64,000 nt of DNA from assembly GCA_965262115.1 (NCBI GenBank), contig OZ253496.1:1888001-1952000 (forward strand), given 5' to 3'. Origin of the DNA: Nitrospinales bacterium (GTDB taxonomy: Bacteria > Nitrospinota > Nitrospinia > Nitrospinales > VA-1). The notes under the pieces were generated by a model. It was not told the origin of the DNA. It saw only the letters and a program-made list of their open reading frames with translations, and made no database searches. This document shows positions 31,589-42,084 of the stretch, one piece after another. Both the position numbers and the translations under genes were made by a program. Every line of letters begins with the position of its first letter. Position 1 is the stretch's first letter.

Positions 31589-32686
31589 ATGAAAGTTTTC
31601 AACACAAAACCGGATAAGAAAGAGGACTCCCCAAAAAATCGGTTTGACGGGGACTATTTAAAATCATGGCTGGAACCTCTTATCAAGGAACCTATCTCCC
31701 GCTTTGAGTTTTTCGCCCTGAAAGGCGATGCATCCGACCGAAGTTATTTCCGCATCAACTATTTCCATCATTCCAAAGAAGCATCATCGATCATTGTCAT
31801 GCAATTGAAGAAACAGGGCCCTGAAAATGAACCGGACTTCAACCGCATGCAAAAATTCCTGACACATCTGGATATACCGGTTCCTGAAATTTTATATTAC
31901 GATGCCGACAGAGGACTGCTTTTCCTTGAAGATGGGGGCGACAAGCATTTGGAGGATCTGGTCCACAATTCCCTCGGGGATATTATTTCCTGGTACCAGA
32001 AAGCCATAGAAATTATTGTAGCCCTACAGACTCGCGTCACCCGGAACATGCGGCCTGATTGTCCTGCCTATGCGCTGAAGTTTGATGTTGAAAAACTGAT
32101 GTGGGAAATGGACTTCATGATAAAACATTATATTCAGGGATTCCTGAAGCGTGGATTAAATCAGGACGAAGAGTCGAAAGTCCGGACAGCCTTGCTTGGA
32201 CTCTGCGAAACCCTGGCCGAAGAAGAAAAGGTTTTTGTTCACCGGGATTTTCATTCAAGAAATTTGATGATCCTGAAAGACGACCTTCTGCTCCTTGATT
32301 TCCAGGATGCCCGGATGGGACCACGCCAATATGATCTGGTATCCCTTTTGAAAGATTCGTATGTTGTTCTGAAAGAAAACACCCGCAATGAATTGCTGAG
32401 CTATTACCTTCAGCGTATGGAGCAGGAAGAAGGCCGAAAAATTCCCCATTCTCCTTTCCTGAAAATTTTTGATTGGATGTCAATCCAGAGAAACCTGAAA
32501 GCCGTCGGCACCTTCGCGTTTCAATATATGGAACATAAGAATGAACGATACCTGGATTACATTGATCCTACTTTGCAATACATCCGGGGCACCATCCGTT
32601 CCCGGCCAGATTTGGAACCACTCGGCCAGGTTTTAAAGCAGGCGATTCCAAAACTCAACATAGATACCGGAATTAATCCGCCATGA
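31589..32686 (+). CDS. Aminoglycoside-phosphotransferase-like kinase (AmgK-like)
   Basis: GDASDRSYFR, HRDFHSRNLM, DFQDA.MGP..YDLVSLL. Confidence 0.88.
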   Translation: MKVFNTKPDKKEDSPKNRFDGDYLKSWLEPLIKEPISRFEFFALKGDASDRSYFRINYFHHSKEASSIIVMQLKKQGPENEPDFNRMQKFLTHLDIPVPEILYYDADRGLLFLEDGGDKHLEDLVHNSLGDIISWYQKAIEIIVALQTRVTRNMRPDCPAYALKFDVEKLMWEMDFMIKHYIQGFLKRGLNQDEESKVRTALLGLCETLAEEEKVFVHRDFHSRNLMILKDDLLLLDFQDARMGPRQYDLVSLLKDSYVVLKENTRNELLSYYLQRMEQEEGRKIPHSPFLKIFDWMSIQRNLKAVGTFAFQYMEHKNERYLDYIDPTLQYIRGTIRSRPDLEPLGQVLKQAIPKLNIDTGINPP

Positions 32687-33783
32687 TGATCCTCAAAAAA
32701 TATGTATTGTTCATGTTCCTAAAAGTCTATCTGCTAACCGTAGGTGGTTTGATCGGGATTTATTTGATCATTGATTTTTTCGAGCGGGTGGATGAGTTCA
32801 TGGTGAAAGACGCTCCGCTTATTGATCTTGTCTCTTATTATGTTTACAAAATACCTTTCATTGCCGGCTATATGGCACCCCAAAGCGTACTTTTGGCGAC
32901 AGTCATCACACTCGCCTCGCTGTCAAGGCAAAATGAGTTCACCGCCATGAAAGCCTGCGGCATCAGTGTCACCGGCATCACATTCCCCATCATCGGTGCA
33001 TCGGTTGTTATTGCTTTCCTGGTATTAGCCTCTAGCGAATATCTTGCCCCCATCACTAACCAAAAAATGAATTATATTTTTTATAGCAAGGTTCGGGGAA
33101 ATGTAACCTATGGGAAAATAGCAAAAAAGAATCTATGGTTCAAAGCTAAGGACCATGCTATTTGGAGTGTTGACTCCTTTGACCCGAAGAAATTCATCCT
33201 GCAGGGGGTCATCATTTTAATGCCGGATGAAGGCTTTGGAATCAAACAGAGAATCGATGCCCAGAGCGCTATCTGGTCGGTGGACAAATGGTATTTCATT
33301 GATGGATACGTTCGTCACTTTAACAAGGAAGATCTGGTGTCCACAGAATTCTTCGAGAGCCGGTCGTTTCCGGTTTCTGAAATCCCGAAAGATTTTACCA
33401 AGGTAATAAGAAGACCGGAAGAACTGAGCCTTCGGGAAATGTACGCGACCATTCAGTTGTATGCTCAGGAAGGCAAGGACACTTCGCAAAAATGGATCGA
33501 TCTGCATCGCAACCTGTCTTATCCTTTCATCAGCGTTGTTTTAGCCTTTCTGGCGATTCCCTTATCATTGAGATCGAGCAGGCATGGAGGCCTGCTGTTT
33601 TGTGTGGGGGTGAACCTGGCAATGGGGTTTGCTTTCTCTTTCCTCTACGCCCTCAGCATTTCTCTTGGCCGAGGGGGAACCTTTGATCCAATTCTGTCCG
33701 CATGGGGACCCAACCTGCTGTTCACAGCTCTTGGATTTTATTTATTGCTCACCATGGACAGTGAAAAGGCTTTCCCGATTTAA
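32683..33783 (+). CDS. lptG: LPS export permease LptG/LptF family
   Basis: NEFTAMKACGIS, three TM + periplasmic domain + three TM, AWGPN. Confidence 0.8.
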   Translation: MMILKKYVLFMFLKVYLLTVGGLIGIYLIIDFFERVDEFMVKDAPLIDLVSYYVYKIPFIAGYMAPQSVLLATVITLASLSRQNEFTAMKACGISVTGITFPIIGASVVIAFLVLASSEYLAPITNQKMNYIFYSKVRGNVTYGKIAKKNLWFKAKDHAIWSVDSFDPKKFILQGVIILMPDEGFGIKQRIDAQSAIWSVDKWYFIDGYVRHFNKEDLVSTEFFESRSFPVSEIPKDFTKVIRRPEELSLREMYATIQLYAQEGKDTSQKWIDLHRNLSYPFISVVLAFLAIPLSLRSSRHGGLLFCVGVNLAMGFAFSFLYALSISLGRGGTFDPILSAWGPNLLFTALGFYLLLTMDSEKAFPI

Positions 33784-33884
33784 TGTTGAATCCCACAAAT
33801 GGGTTTTATTCCCCGTGGCTTTCTACGTCTTTTAAAATTACTCTTTATCAGGATACCTCATCCACTTGCAGCGGGATTGCTCAT

Positions 33885-34817
33885 TTGAAAAAAATCGCTT
33901 CCATTGATATTGGTTCCAACACCGTTCGACTTCTGATTCTGGAATTTGACGAGAACCGGGATTTCCGCATCCTTGCATCCCGAATGGTGATCACCCGTCT
34001 TGGTGAAGGGATGGACATCCACGGGAAACTGATGGAGCCTCGAATATCTGCAACCCTCTCGGCTTTATCTACATTCCGTCAGGACTGCCTGGATCATGGC
34101 AACCCTCCCTTACACGCTGTGGCCACCAGTGCCGTGCGGGAGGCCTCCAACGGTCAAGAGTTTGTCCGACTTGCCCAAGAAGAAACCAACATCGAAATTG
34201 AAATCATCCCCTGGGAAGAAGAAGCCCGCCTAACCCTGGAAGGCGTTTTCTGGAAAATACCACATGAAAACCGCAAGATTCTCACTATCGATATCGGTGG
34301 CGGCAGTTCCGAGTTCATACTCTCTGAAGGAAAAAATATCGTCGGCTTTTGCAGTAGCTCTTTAGCAGTGGTGAGGCTGACAGAAAAATTTATCCACCAG
34401 CATCCGGTTGATAATGCAGAGTACGAAAACCTGACCACCCACTTAAGAAACGAATTGCAAGCGATCAAGAAAAAACTCTCGGTCTTCATGCCGCAGGTAT
34501 TGATCGGTACGGCGGGGACCGTCACCACATTAGCCGCTTTAAAAGAAAATATTTACCCTTATGATCCCGAAAAAATTCATGGCGCATTATTACCCCGGTC
34601 GGACATCGAATCCCTGATCCAGGACCTGAAAAAAAAGTCTCTCAACGAACGGTTGGCGTTAAAGCCTCTTGAACAGGGCCGGGAAGATTTGATCATAGCG
34701 GGCACGGCAATCGTTTTGGAAACCATGCGGATATTTCAATGCGATCCCTTGATAGTCAGCGAATACAGCCTGCGGGAAGGAATCATCCTGAAATCCTTAG
34801 AAGCCGGGGCTCCCTGA
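33885..34817 (+). CDS. ppx: Ppx/GppA phosphatase
   Basis: IDIGSNTVRL, ATSAVREA, EEEA, DIGGGSSE, LREG. Confidence 0.9.
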   Translation: MKKIASIDIGSNTVRLLILEFDENRDFRILASRMVITRLGEGMDIHGKLMEPRISATLSALSTFRQDCLDHGNPPLHAVATSAVREASNGQEFVRLAQEETNIEIEIIPWEEEARLTLEGVFWKIPHENRKILTIDIGGGSSEFILSEGKNIVGFCSSSLAVVRLTEKFIHQHPVDNAEYENLTTHLRNELQAIKKKLSVFMPQVLIGTAGTVTTLAALKENIYPYDPEKIHGALLPRSDIESLIQDLKKKSLNERLALKPLEQGREDLIIAGTAIVLETMRIFQCDPLIVSEYSLREGIILKSLEAGAP

Positions 34818-34916
34818 CACTGACCTCATATTTCCCATAAAACGCTGACTAAAAAGAGCTTGAGGGTTGATTGAATTTGACTTCAAGGTCCATTTCAGAT
34901 ATGGTTTTCCATCACC

Positions 34917-36716
34917 ATGACTACTAAAAAGAATTCCGCAAAGAAACTGGTTTCCATCAAGAGATCTCCGAAATCTTCAGGGCACCCCATGAAAGGTCGG
35001 GATATTCTGGTTAAAGCTCTCGAGAATGAGGGAGTCAAAGTTATTTTTGGCTATCCTGGCGGAGCTTCCATGGAAATCCATCAAGGACTGACCCTGACTA
35101 AGAAAATACGCATGGTTCTGCCCCGCCACGAACAAGGCGGTTCCTTCGCGGCAGGGGGCTATGCCCGTGCCACCGGAGAAGTCGGGGTTTGCCTTGCAAC
35201 ATCGGGTCCCGGAGCCACCAACCTGATCACCGGCATCATCGATGCCAAGATGGATTCCATTCCCCTTGTCGCCATCACCGGCCAGGTACCCAGTATGGTT
35301 CTAGGCAGTGACGCGTTTCAGGAAACCGACATCATGGGGGCCACGTTCCCGCTGGTTAAGCACAGCTATATGATCCAGAATGTCGCGGAAATTCCACGGA
35401 TCGTTAATGAGGCATTCCATATTGCCCGGACCGGCAGACCCGGCCCGGTTCTGATCGATATTCCTAAAGATATTCAACAGCAGGAAGGCATCGCTGATTT
35501 TGACGTTTCGTTTGATGTTCCCAGCTATCGGCCCAACGTAAAGCCCTCGATCCTGCAATGTAAAAAAGCGGCGCACGCTATTCAAACTGCAAAACGTCCA
35601 CTGATTTACGCGGGGGGCGGCATCATCAGCAGTGGGGCTTCGGAAGACCTGCGGACCTTTATTAAAAAAACCGGCATCCCCGTCACCACTACGGTAATGG
35701 GTTTGGGGGCAATCCCCTCCAACGATCCACTTTCTTTACGCATGCTGGGAATGCACGGAGCGGTTTATGCCAATATCGCTATCAACCACGCCGATCTGGT
35801 TATCGCCATGGGTGTGCGTTTTGATGACCGGGTCACCGGCAAACTTGCAGAATTCTGTAAAAACGCACAGTTCATTCATATTGATATCGACCCAACGGAA
35901 ATAAATAAAAATATTCTGATCGACATCCCCATTCAGGGAGACGTTAAGCAGGCGTTGAAAATTCTCCACGGCTATGTCGAACCCAAGAAAGATATCAAGC
36001 CATGGATCAAACAAATACAAGACTGGAAAAAGGAATTCCCCCTGGGGTTTAAACTTAAGAAGGGCGAAATTGTTCCGGAATCTGTCGTCGCCGAAATCAA
36101 CAAGCTCGCGGCCAAGGACGCAATATTTTCCGTCGGGGTCGGGCAACACCAGATGTGGGCGGCTCAGTTTCTCGATTTCGACAAACCCAATAACTGGTTG
36201 TGTTCATCCGGCTTGGGGGCAATGGGATATGGACTGCCCGCCGCCATGGGAGCTCAGGTTGCGTTTCCCGACCGGCAGGTGATCAACATTGAAGGGGATG
36301 GAAGTTTTCTGATGAATATTCAGGAACTGCAAACCCTGAAAATAGAAAATATCCCGGTAAAAAATATTGTTCTCAACAACGCTCATCTAGGAATGGTGGC
36401 CCAATGGGAAGACCGTTTTTACAAATCCCTTCGCGGCCATACTTTCATCGGCGATGCCAACTTTGCCGAAGTAGCGCACGCTTTTGGAATCAAGTCTGAA
36501 AGTATTACCGATCAGAAAGATGTTGTTCCGGCTTTAAAGCGCATGCTCAAACACAAAGGCCCCTATGTCCTGGATGTGAAGTATCCTTATAACGACAAAG
36601 CCCATGGACATGTCATGCCGATGATTCCAGCGAATCACACTTATCTGGATACCTGTCTGGATGCATCCACCTCGCTTCGGGATTACTGGAAAAAGAAAGG
36701 TCTGCTGGAAGAATGA
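34917..36716 (+). CDS. ilvB: Acetolactate synthase large subunit
   Basis: FGYPGGA, RHEQG, TSGPGATN, GMHG, RFDDRVTG, GQHQMW, GDGSF. Confidence 0.96.
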   Translation: MTTKKNSAKKLVSIKRSPKSSGHPMKGRDILVKALENEGVKVIFGYPGGASMEIHQGLTLTKKIRMVLPRHEQGGSFAAGGYARATGEVGVCLATSGPGATNLITGIIDAKMDSIPLVAITGQVPSMVLGSDAFQETDIMGATFPLVKHSYMIQNVAEIPRIVNEAFHIARTGRPGPVLIDIPKDIQQQEGIADFDVSFDVPSYRPNVKPSILQCKKAAHAIQTAKRPLIYAGGGIISSGASEDLRTFIKKTGIPVTTTVMGLGAIPSNDPLSLRMLGMHGAVYANIAINHADLVIAMGVRFDDRVTGKLAEFCKNAQFIHIDIDPTEINKNILIDIPIQGDVKQALKILHGYVEPKKDIKPWIKQIQDWKKEFPLGFKLKKGEIVPESVVAEINKLAAKDAIFSVGVGQHQMWAAQFLDFDKPNNWLCSSGLGAMGYGLPAAMGAQVAFPDRQVINIEGDGSFLMNIQELQTLKIENIPVKNIVLNNAHLGMVAQWEDRFYKSLRGHTFIGDANFAEVAHAFGIKSESITDQKDVVPALKRMLKHKGPYVLDVKYPYNDKAHGHVMPMIPANHTYLDTCLDASTSLRDYWKKKGLLEE

Positions 36717-36839
36717 AATTGCGTAGCCCGGCCTAGCTGAAAAAATTTCCTGAACAGAAAATTATTTTTGAGGTGGATGCGGCTTTCGAAGCCTGTCAAC
36801 TCATGGGAAAACCCTGACTCTTTTAATCGGAACACTTTC

Positions 36840-37712
36840 ATGCCACTCACTGAAGCAACAAAACATAAACTCGATACGTTGATCCGGTTTATGATCTGGG
36901 TGGACCTCACCATCCTGCTGTTGTATTTTTTGAGCAGCCAGTTTGGCGTTTCATTCCCTTTTCCCCTTCCAGGGAAAAAGCTGAATAATCCACTGGCCCT
37001 GCTTTTACTGCTATTTTCCATACGCCTGACATTGAATGTTCCGTTTCGTAAACGCCACCTTACTGGGACTCCTCATCGATTTTATTTTTCGCTTTTTTAA
37101 TCATTATACAATTAGCCCTTCAAATTATGTGGTTAACCTCGGCTCCCGACGACTTTCGCTGGAGTTTGGATGCCGAACAGGGCTACGGCACCCATTTTTC
37201 TGCCGTCCAGCTCTATATTCTGGGTCTCCTCGTGGTGATGACGGCTTGGGCCGATTACGGCAAGGAAGCCGGTTGGAAAGAAAAACTGCCCTGGTATCTG
37301 GTCGCCAGTGTTTATTTTTATATCGGCCTGGATGATTGTATCGGCATCCACGACAATATTTCATGGATCCGGAGCGTGCTCCCTGAGTCAATAGTCTTTC
37401 ACTTCGTTTACGAATGGTTATGGCTCTATGCCCCTGTTGCTATGGCTGTGGTGGTTTTTCTCAGCGGCTTTCTTTTTACAGAAATTCCGTTATTCCCCAT
37501 GGATCCTTACCACAATGTTTGTAGCTTTAACTCTCTGGGTATCGGTTCTTCTGTTTGAAGGACTGGCCAAAAATATTGTATACCCGATGGGGCCAGACTG
37601 GAAACAGTTGTTAATCGGTGCTGAGGAAGGATTTGAAATGTTAGGGGCAACCCTCTTTATGCTGGGGTTCAGCCAGCATCTTAAAAATATCGCGGAGAAC
37701 CTCCGCAGGTGA
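36840..37712 (+). pseudogene. Integral membrane protein split over three frames
   Basis: Consecutive hydrophobic ORFs (36840-37100, 37127-37558, 37428-37712) with LDD...H, W...Y and EEGFEMLG motifs; breaks fall near T-tracts. Confidence 0.6.
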
Positions 37713-37740
37713 ATTGCAATAGCTTTTTACCCCTCCAGGG

Positions 37741-38643
37741 CTAGTGGTTCAAACTGTATTCCAGATAAGCGCGTTCGATATTCGCGTCCAGCCAGTTCAG
37801 GTTTTTCCAGCCTTTATATTTTTCCATCAAAACCGGCCGGACCGCATCCTGAGTTTCCTTGAGGGACTTGCCATTTTCCAACTGTTTGAGAACCATTCCT
37901 TTAAGATTAAACAGGTAGTGTTTCATCGCCAGGAACACCGGCTTGCCGCCCGGCTCACCGTGGCCCGGAATATAAATTTCCGCATCCAGGTTGCCCAACT
38001 TGTTCATGGCAGAAAGCCAATCCTCTATATAAGCGTCTCCCATGTACGGAATTTTTCCGTTAAAAACCAAATCGCCGGTAATCAGGGTCTTCAGTTCCTC
38101 AATATAAATGAACAAGTCCCCATCCGTGTGCCCCCGCACGTGAATCAGCTGTAAATTATACCCGCCGACAAAGATTTCCATTCTTTCCTTAAAAATCATA
38201 TTTGGCGGAGTGATGACCGTCTCATCCATTCCGGGAATATTCATGGTCTTAAAAAAATCCAGATGCTCCTTGCCGGAAGAACCCATCAGGCTCCTGCGAA
38301 CATTTTCATGGGCAATGATGGCCCGGCTGTCTTTAAATATCTGGTTACCAAAAGTGTGGTCCCCGTGATAATGCGTGTTGATCGTATAAAGGATGGGAAG
38401 ATCGGTTCGCTTGCGAATTTCTGCCAGCACTTTTTCTGCTTTCTTCGGGGTCACCCGGGTATCCACCACAACGACTCCGTCACGGGTGATGAGAAAGGTG
38501 GTGTTCGAATCTATCCCATCTCCATTCACAACTGTGAAAAGGTTCTTCCACACCTCAACGGTTTTAGAACCTTCCGCGCTGCAAACCCCGCCCAGAACGC
38601 TGACAAACAACGCTAAGCCGACCAGCCATCTTAATCCCACCAT
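37741..38643 (-). CDS. Secreted metallo-beta-lactamase-fold hydrolase
   Basis: THYHGDH, GHTDGD, GDL, PGHG. Confidence 0.9.
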   Translation of the reverse strand: MVGLRWLVGLALFVSVLGGVCSAEGSKTVEVWKNLFTVVNGDGIDSNTTFLITRDGVVVVDTRVTPKKAEKVLAEIRKRTDLPILYTINTHYHGDHTFGNQIFKDSRAIIAHENVRRSLMGSSGKEHLDFFKTMNIPGMDETVITPPNMIFKERMEIFVGGYNLQLIHVRGHTDGDLFIYIEELKTLITGDLVFNGKIPYMGDAYIEDWLSAMNKLGNLDAEIYIPGHGEPGGKPVFLAMKHYLFNLKGMVLKQLENGKSLKETQDAVRPVLMEKYKGWKNLNWLDANIERAYLEYSLNH

Positions 38644-38773
38644 ATCAATCTCCCAGTTAACACCTAATTGTTTTGGAAACGAGGCGCATGGTAGCATTTC
38701 CCCTCTTTCCCGGCAACCACTAGCCGCCACTGGGCGTGGAGGCAATGAGCAAAAGCTCGTTGCGAAAGCAGGA

Positions 38774-38888
38774 ATTTCCCCTCCCTTCATAGGGAGGGGT
38801 TAGGGGAGGGTTGGATTATGGATCGTCAAAAATAATCCACACCCCTCCGCGGCTACGCCTTGCCTCCCATCATGAGAAGGGAGGATCA
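38774..38888. repeat. ~115-bp composite palindromic repeat, inverted homolog of ~51466-51581
   Basis: CCCTCCCTTCATAGGGAGGGG...ATCCACACCCCTCCGCGGCTACGCCTTGCCTCC..CATGAGA.GGGAGGATCA. Confidence 0.8.
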
Positions 38889-38957
38889 ATGAGAGTCCCG
38901 GTTTTTATGCCTTTCTCGCTCCTTTAACCCTTTGAACAATTATGTTAATTTAGGGAT

Positions 38958-39413
38958 ATGGAGGCCTTGAGCAAAAAGAAATATGATTTTCTTTTGTATC
39001 TGTTGGAAGAAGGCGACGCCATGGTTTGCCTCGACGCCCGGCTCCCGGAAGTGGATGTTCCAGCGGACCAAAAAGATAATTCATCGCTGAACCTGATATT
39101 CAACCTTAATTTCAGGCGCCCGCTTGAAATAACAGAAGAAGGGATTTTTGCCACGCTGGCCTTCAATGGAAGACCCCATAAATGCGCCCTGCCCTTTGAC
39201 GCAGTATGGGCCATATACGACCCAAAAATGAAGAACGGCCAGGTGTGGGAGGAAAGCATCCCGGAAGATATGAATTTGGCGGATCAGGTGATGGGTGACC
39301 TGCCGGCAAAACCCAAGTCAAAACTGAAATCCGTGAAATCCAGCAGCAAACCTTCCAAGGACATCAAAACCGAAGGCAAGCGCGACCGCAGCCACCTTCG
39401 AGTCATCAAATAA
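38958..39413 (+). CDS. SspB-like ClpXP adaptor
   Basis: LDAR..V.VP, L.F.G....C.LP..AVWAI, C-terminal HLRVIK (ClpX-binding type). Confidence 0.75.
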   Translation: MEALSKKKYDFLLYLLEEGDAMVCLDARLPEVDVPADQKDNSSLNLIFNLNFRRPLEITEEGIFATLAFNGRPHKCALPFDAVWAIYDPKMKNGQVWEESIPEDMNLADQVMGDLPAKPKSKLKSVKSSSKPSKDIKTEGKRDRSHLRVIK

Positions 39414-39437
39414 TTGTTCGGGACCGTTACCATATCC

Positions 39438-39466
39438 TTTACAAAGGTTTGAGGATAGATTACACT
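39438..39466 (+). promoter_or_regulatory. Sigma70-like promoter for tRNA-His
   Basis: TTTACA-17 bp-TACACT upstream of the tRNA. Confidence 0.5.
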
Positions 39467-39503
39467 TTGCCTCTGCTTAATTTGGCCGAGATCGAAAAAT
39501 CAT

Positions 39504-39580
39504 GGTGGGCGTAGCTCAGTTGGTAGAGCTCTGGATTGTGGCTCCAGTGGTCGCGGGTTCAAGTCCCGTCGCTCACCCCA
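39504..39580 (+). tRNA. tRNA-His(GTG)
   Basis: Complete cloverleaf with G-1, anticodon GTG at 39538-39540, TTCAAG T-loop, CCA end. Confidence 0.97.
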
Positions 39581-39651
39581 TTTTTACTAAGAGGGGGGAT
39601 GTTGAATATGCTCCACACAGCTAATGCGGAATATATTCAACATAGACGAAA

Positions 39652-40096
39652 ATGTCAAGAACAATTCTTGAAAAAATTTCATTAGGAAAACGAATCAAGT
39701 TTTCCAGGGAACATGCCAACCTAACCCAAGCGGATTTGGCAAGCCAAACCATCGAACAAGGACTTAGGCCTCATAGAAACCGGGTTCACACCATCACCTG
39801 TGACAACGGGCTGGAGTTTGCCGAACACCAGAAAATGGCGCAAACCCTGTCGGCTAATATCTACTTTGCCCATCCTTATGCTTCTTGGGAACGGGGCCTG
39901 AACGAAAACACCAATGGACTCATTCAACAATATTTACCAAAATCACAGCCCCTGAATAACATCACCGAAAAGAAACTGAGCACCATCATGGATCAACTCA
40001 ATCATCGACCCAGAAAAACACTGGGTTGTAAAACACCTTATGAGCTATTCTTTAAAAAATAAACTTTACTAACTGTTGCACTTACTAGTTGAATCC
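39652..40096 (+). pseudogene. IS30-family transposase 3' fragment with right end, fused to an XRE-HTH start
   Basis: TITCDNGLEF, YFAHPYASWERGLNENTNGL, LNHRPRKTLG; end TGTTGCACTTACTAGTTGAATCC. Confidence 0.88.
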
Positions 40097-40992
40097 ACCC
40101 TGCAAAATAAAGTGAACAAGGCAATCAAAAGCATCCATTTGCTATGCTTTGCATTTTGTTCATTGCCCTCGGTAATGTCTTTAGCCATTCCCACTCCAAG
40201 ATCATTTAAGTTTTTTATTAAAGAGGAAGCATTATCATTTACATCATTGAGTTTGTTTAAATGAGCTTCAATTTTTTCCAGGAGTTCATTGCTTTCATGA
40301 ACAGGATTTATTAGAGGCGTAATATTTGGCAAATGAGGCCGTGGCGAGACTTTCATTTCATGCACAATAGAATGAATGGGAGATTCTAAAGATTTTCCTA
40401 GCCTTGCAGATAGATCAAGGTTTTCTTTATAAAGCCGATTGGTTGTTTTTGATAATAAATCTTGAAATGCCGATGGTTTAAATGCTTTGGAAAAACCTTC
40501 CGTTAGACCTTTAAATTTTTCTCGAAATGTCTTGGCAGTTTCCGAAAAGTGTTGTCTTTGTTTTATGAGGAGATTTTTTAAATGCTGTAAGTGATCCTCT
40601 TCAATGGATTTTTCGACATAGAATTCTTTTTCATCGAGTTGGAATTGAATGTCAATAAAAATTTTTGCAATTTCTAAAAGCCCTTCATCGCTTAATTGGT
40701 TGAGATCTGATTCATTTAGGGAGGTTTCAATTTGTTCGTCCAATCCATCTTTTTCAAATTTTTTGGTAATTATAGAAAATAATTTGATTGCCAATTCCTT
40801 TGAATCTATATCATTGAGATTGAGAACTTTGTCTTCTAGTTCGCATAATGCATTTGTTGATAAAATCCCAATGAGCAGCCTCCCTAACTTCTCAGACTTA
40901 AATCCGAAATTTAAAGAAATGGCATGCTTTAAAGCAGCATCCAAAATCTTTGACCCCTCTCCTTTATTCTCATCCGCCGGTTTGCTCATCAA
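40069..40992 (-). CDS. AT-rich hypothetical protein, 3' end cut by the IS30 end
   Basis: 307-aa ORF; the last codons derive from the IS30 terminus. Confidence 0.6.
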   Translation of the reverse strand: MMSKPADENKGEGSKILDAALKHAISLNFGFKSEKLGRLLIGILSTNALCELEDKVLNLNDIDSKELAIKLFSIITKKFEKDGLDEQIETSLNESDLNQLSDEGLLEIAKIFIDIQFQLDEKEFYVEKSIEEDHLQHLKNLLIKQRQHFSETAKTFREKFKGLTEGFSKAFKPSAFQDLLSKTTNRLYKENLDLSARLGKSLESPIHSIVHEMKVSPRPHLPNITPLINPVHESNELLEKIEAHLNKLNDVNDNASSLIKNLNDLGVGMAKDITEGNEQNAKHSKWMLLIALFTLFCRVDSTSKCNS

Positions 40993-41153
40993 AACACTCT
41001 TTCAGAATTCGTTGAAAATATTTGCACTCCAATTAAAGGTACATAGCAGGGGATAAAAAGTCAATGTGATGGGAAACGCCTGGGAGGAATTTTAGGCTAA
41101 AAACAGGGGCGCTATAACTTCAACAAATTCAAAAATCGTAGAACCACTGGATC

Positions 41154-41301
41154 TACCCATGCTGGGCACGAAGTTAATGTTGGGGATATCACGTATACCT
41201 CCCGGGCACGAAGTCTAAGGTGGAATATAATGCGCTCACGAAAGCTTTGGTTGGGATTATTACCCTTTCAGGGCATGAAGGTTAAGGTTGGGAATATAAC
41301 G
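41154..41301 (+). repeat. Tandem array of four diverged mini-element units (one partial)
   Basis: Units at 41154-41193, 41194-41232, 41233-41260, 41261-41301. Confidence 0.85.
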
Positions 41302-41305
41302 CCAA

Positions 41306-41336
41306 CTCCAGTGGTCGCGGGTTGCAGGCCCCACCC
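41306..41336 (+). other. Duplicate of the tRNA-His 3' part (att-like)
   Basis: CTCCAGTGGTCGCGGGTT identical to 39542-39559 (18 bp), then degenerate. Confidence 0.65.
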
Positions 41337-41343
41337 TTTAGTT

Positions 41344-41883
41344 TCATTTTAATTTTTCCAAAAGGGCTAGCAAAAGGATTTTGGAATCATTTTTGCCCTT
41401 TTCATCGTTTTCTCTGTCGGCGATAGATTCGGCTTTTCTTATATGTTCAATTGCCTTGGAGCCGTTTTTTACCGCGTCGTACTCTCGTGCCAGGTTGTAA
41501 TGCACTTGAAAATCATCTGGGTTAAGGTCAAGGGCCTTACGGTGTTGTTCAATGGCTTTTTCTCATTCTCCCTGTTCTTCATAAATAAGACCAAGATTAA
41601 AATAGACTTTGGCATAATCCGGGTCGAGCTTTAAAATCTCCTGGCAAATGGCGATGGAATCGTCGTACCGCTTAAGCTTCCTGTAGGTAATGGACAGCCC
41701 ATGCATTGCCTTTTTATTTTTTGGGTTGAGGTGTATCGATGTTTCATAAGCCTCAGCATCCTCTTTCAGAAATTTCCCCTTGCGGCAGGCCAATCCTAAT
41801 TGGAAGTAAACTTCCGCGTCCTGGGGATGTTGCTCGACCGCTTTCCGGCAAGCTTGGATTTTTTTTTCATGCTGGTCCTTCAT
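41344..41883 (-). pseudogene. TPR protein with in-frame TGA at 41563-41565
   Basis: TPR pattern continues in frame after the stop (EKAIEQHRKALDLNPDDFQVHYNLA). Confidence 0.8.
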
Positions 41884-42084
41884 GGGTCCGTATATCTCCG
41901 GTGACTTGCCACACTTTGACTACAGTGTTAAAGCAGTTAGGGTATCCATTTAAGATGACTTTCCCAATAGATTTCCTCATTCCATGGCATTCCATTCAAG
42001 CAGGCCCAATTTTCAGCATATCAATTCACTTTAATTTTAGCTAAAATTTACAATATCCCATCCGTCAAATCTTAACCACTACAA

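Noticed and set aside
41154..41301. CRISPR array
   Set aside because: Units are contiguous and variable, with no unique spacers; no cas genes in the window.
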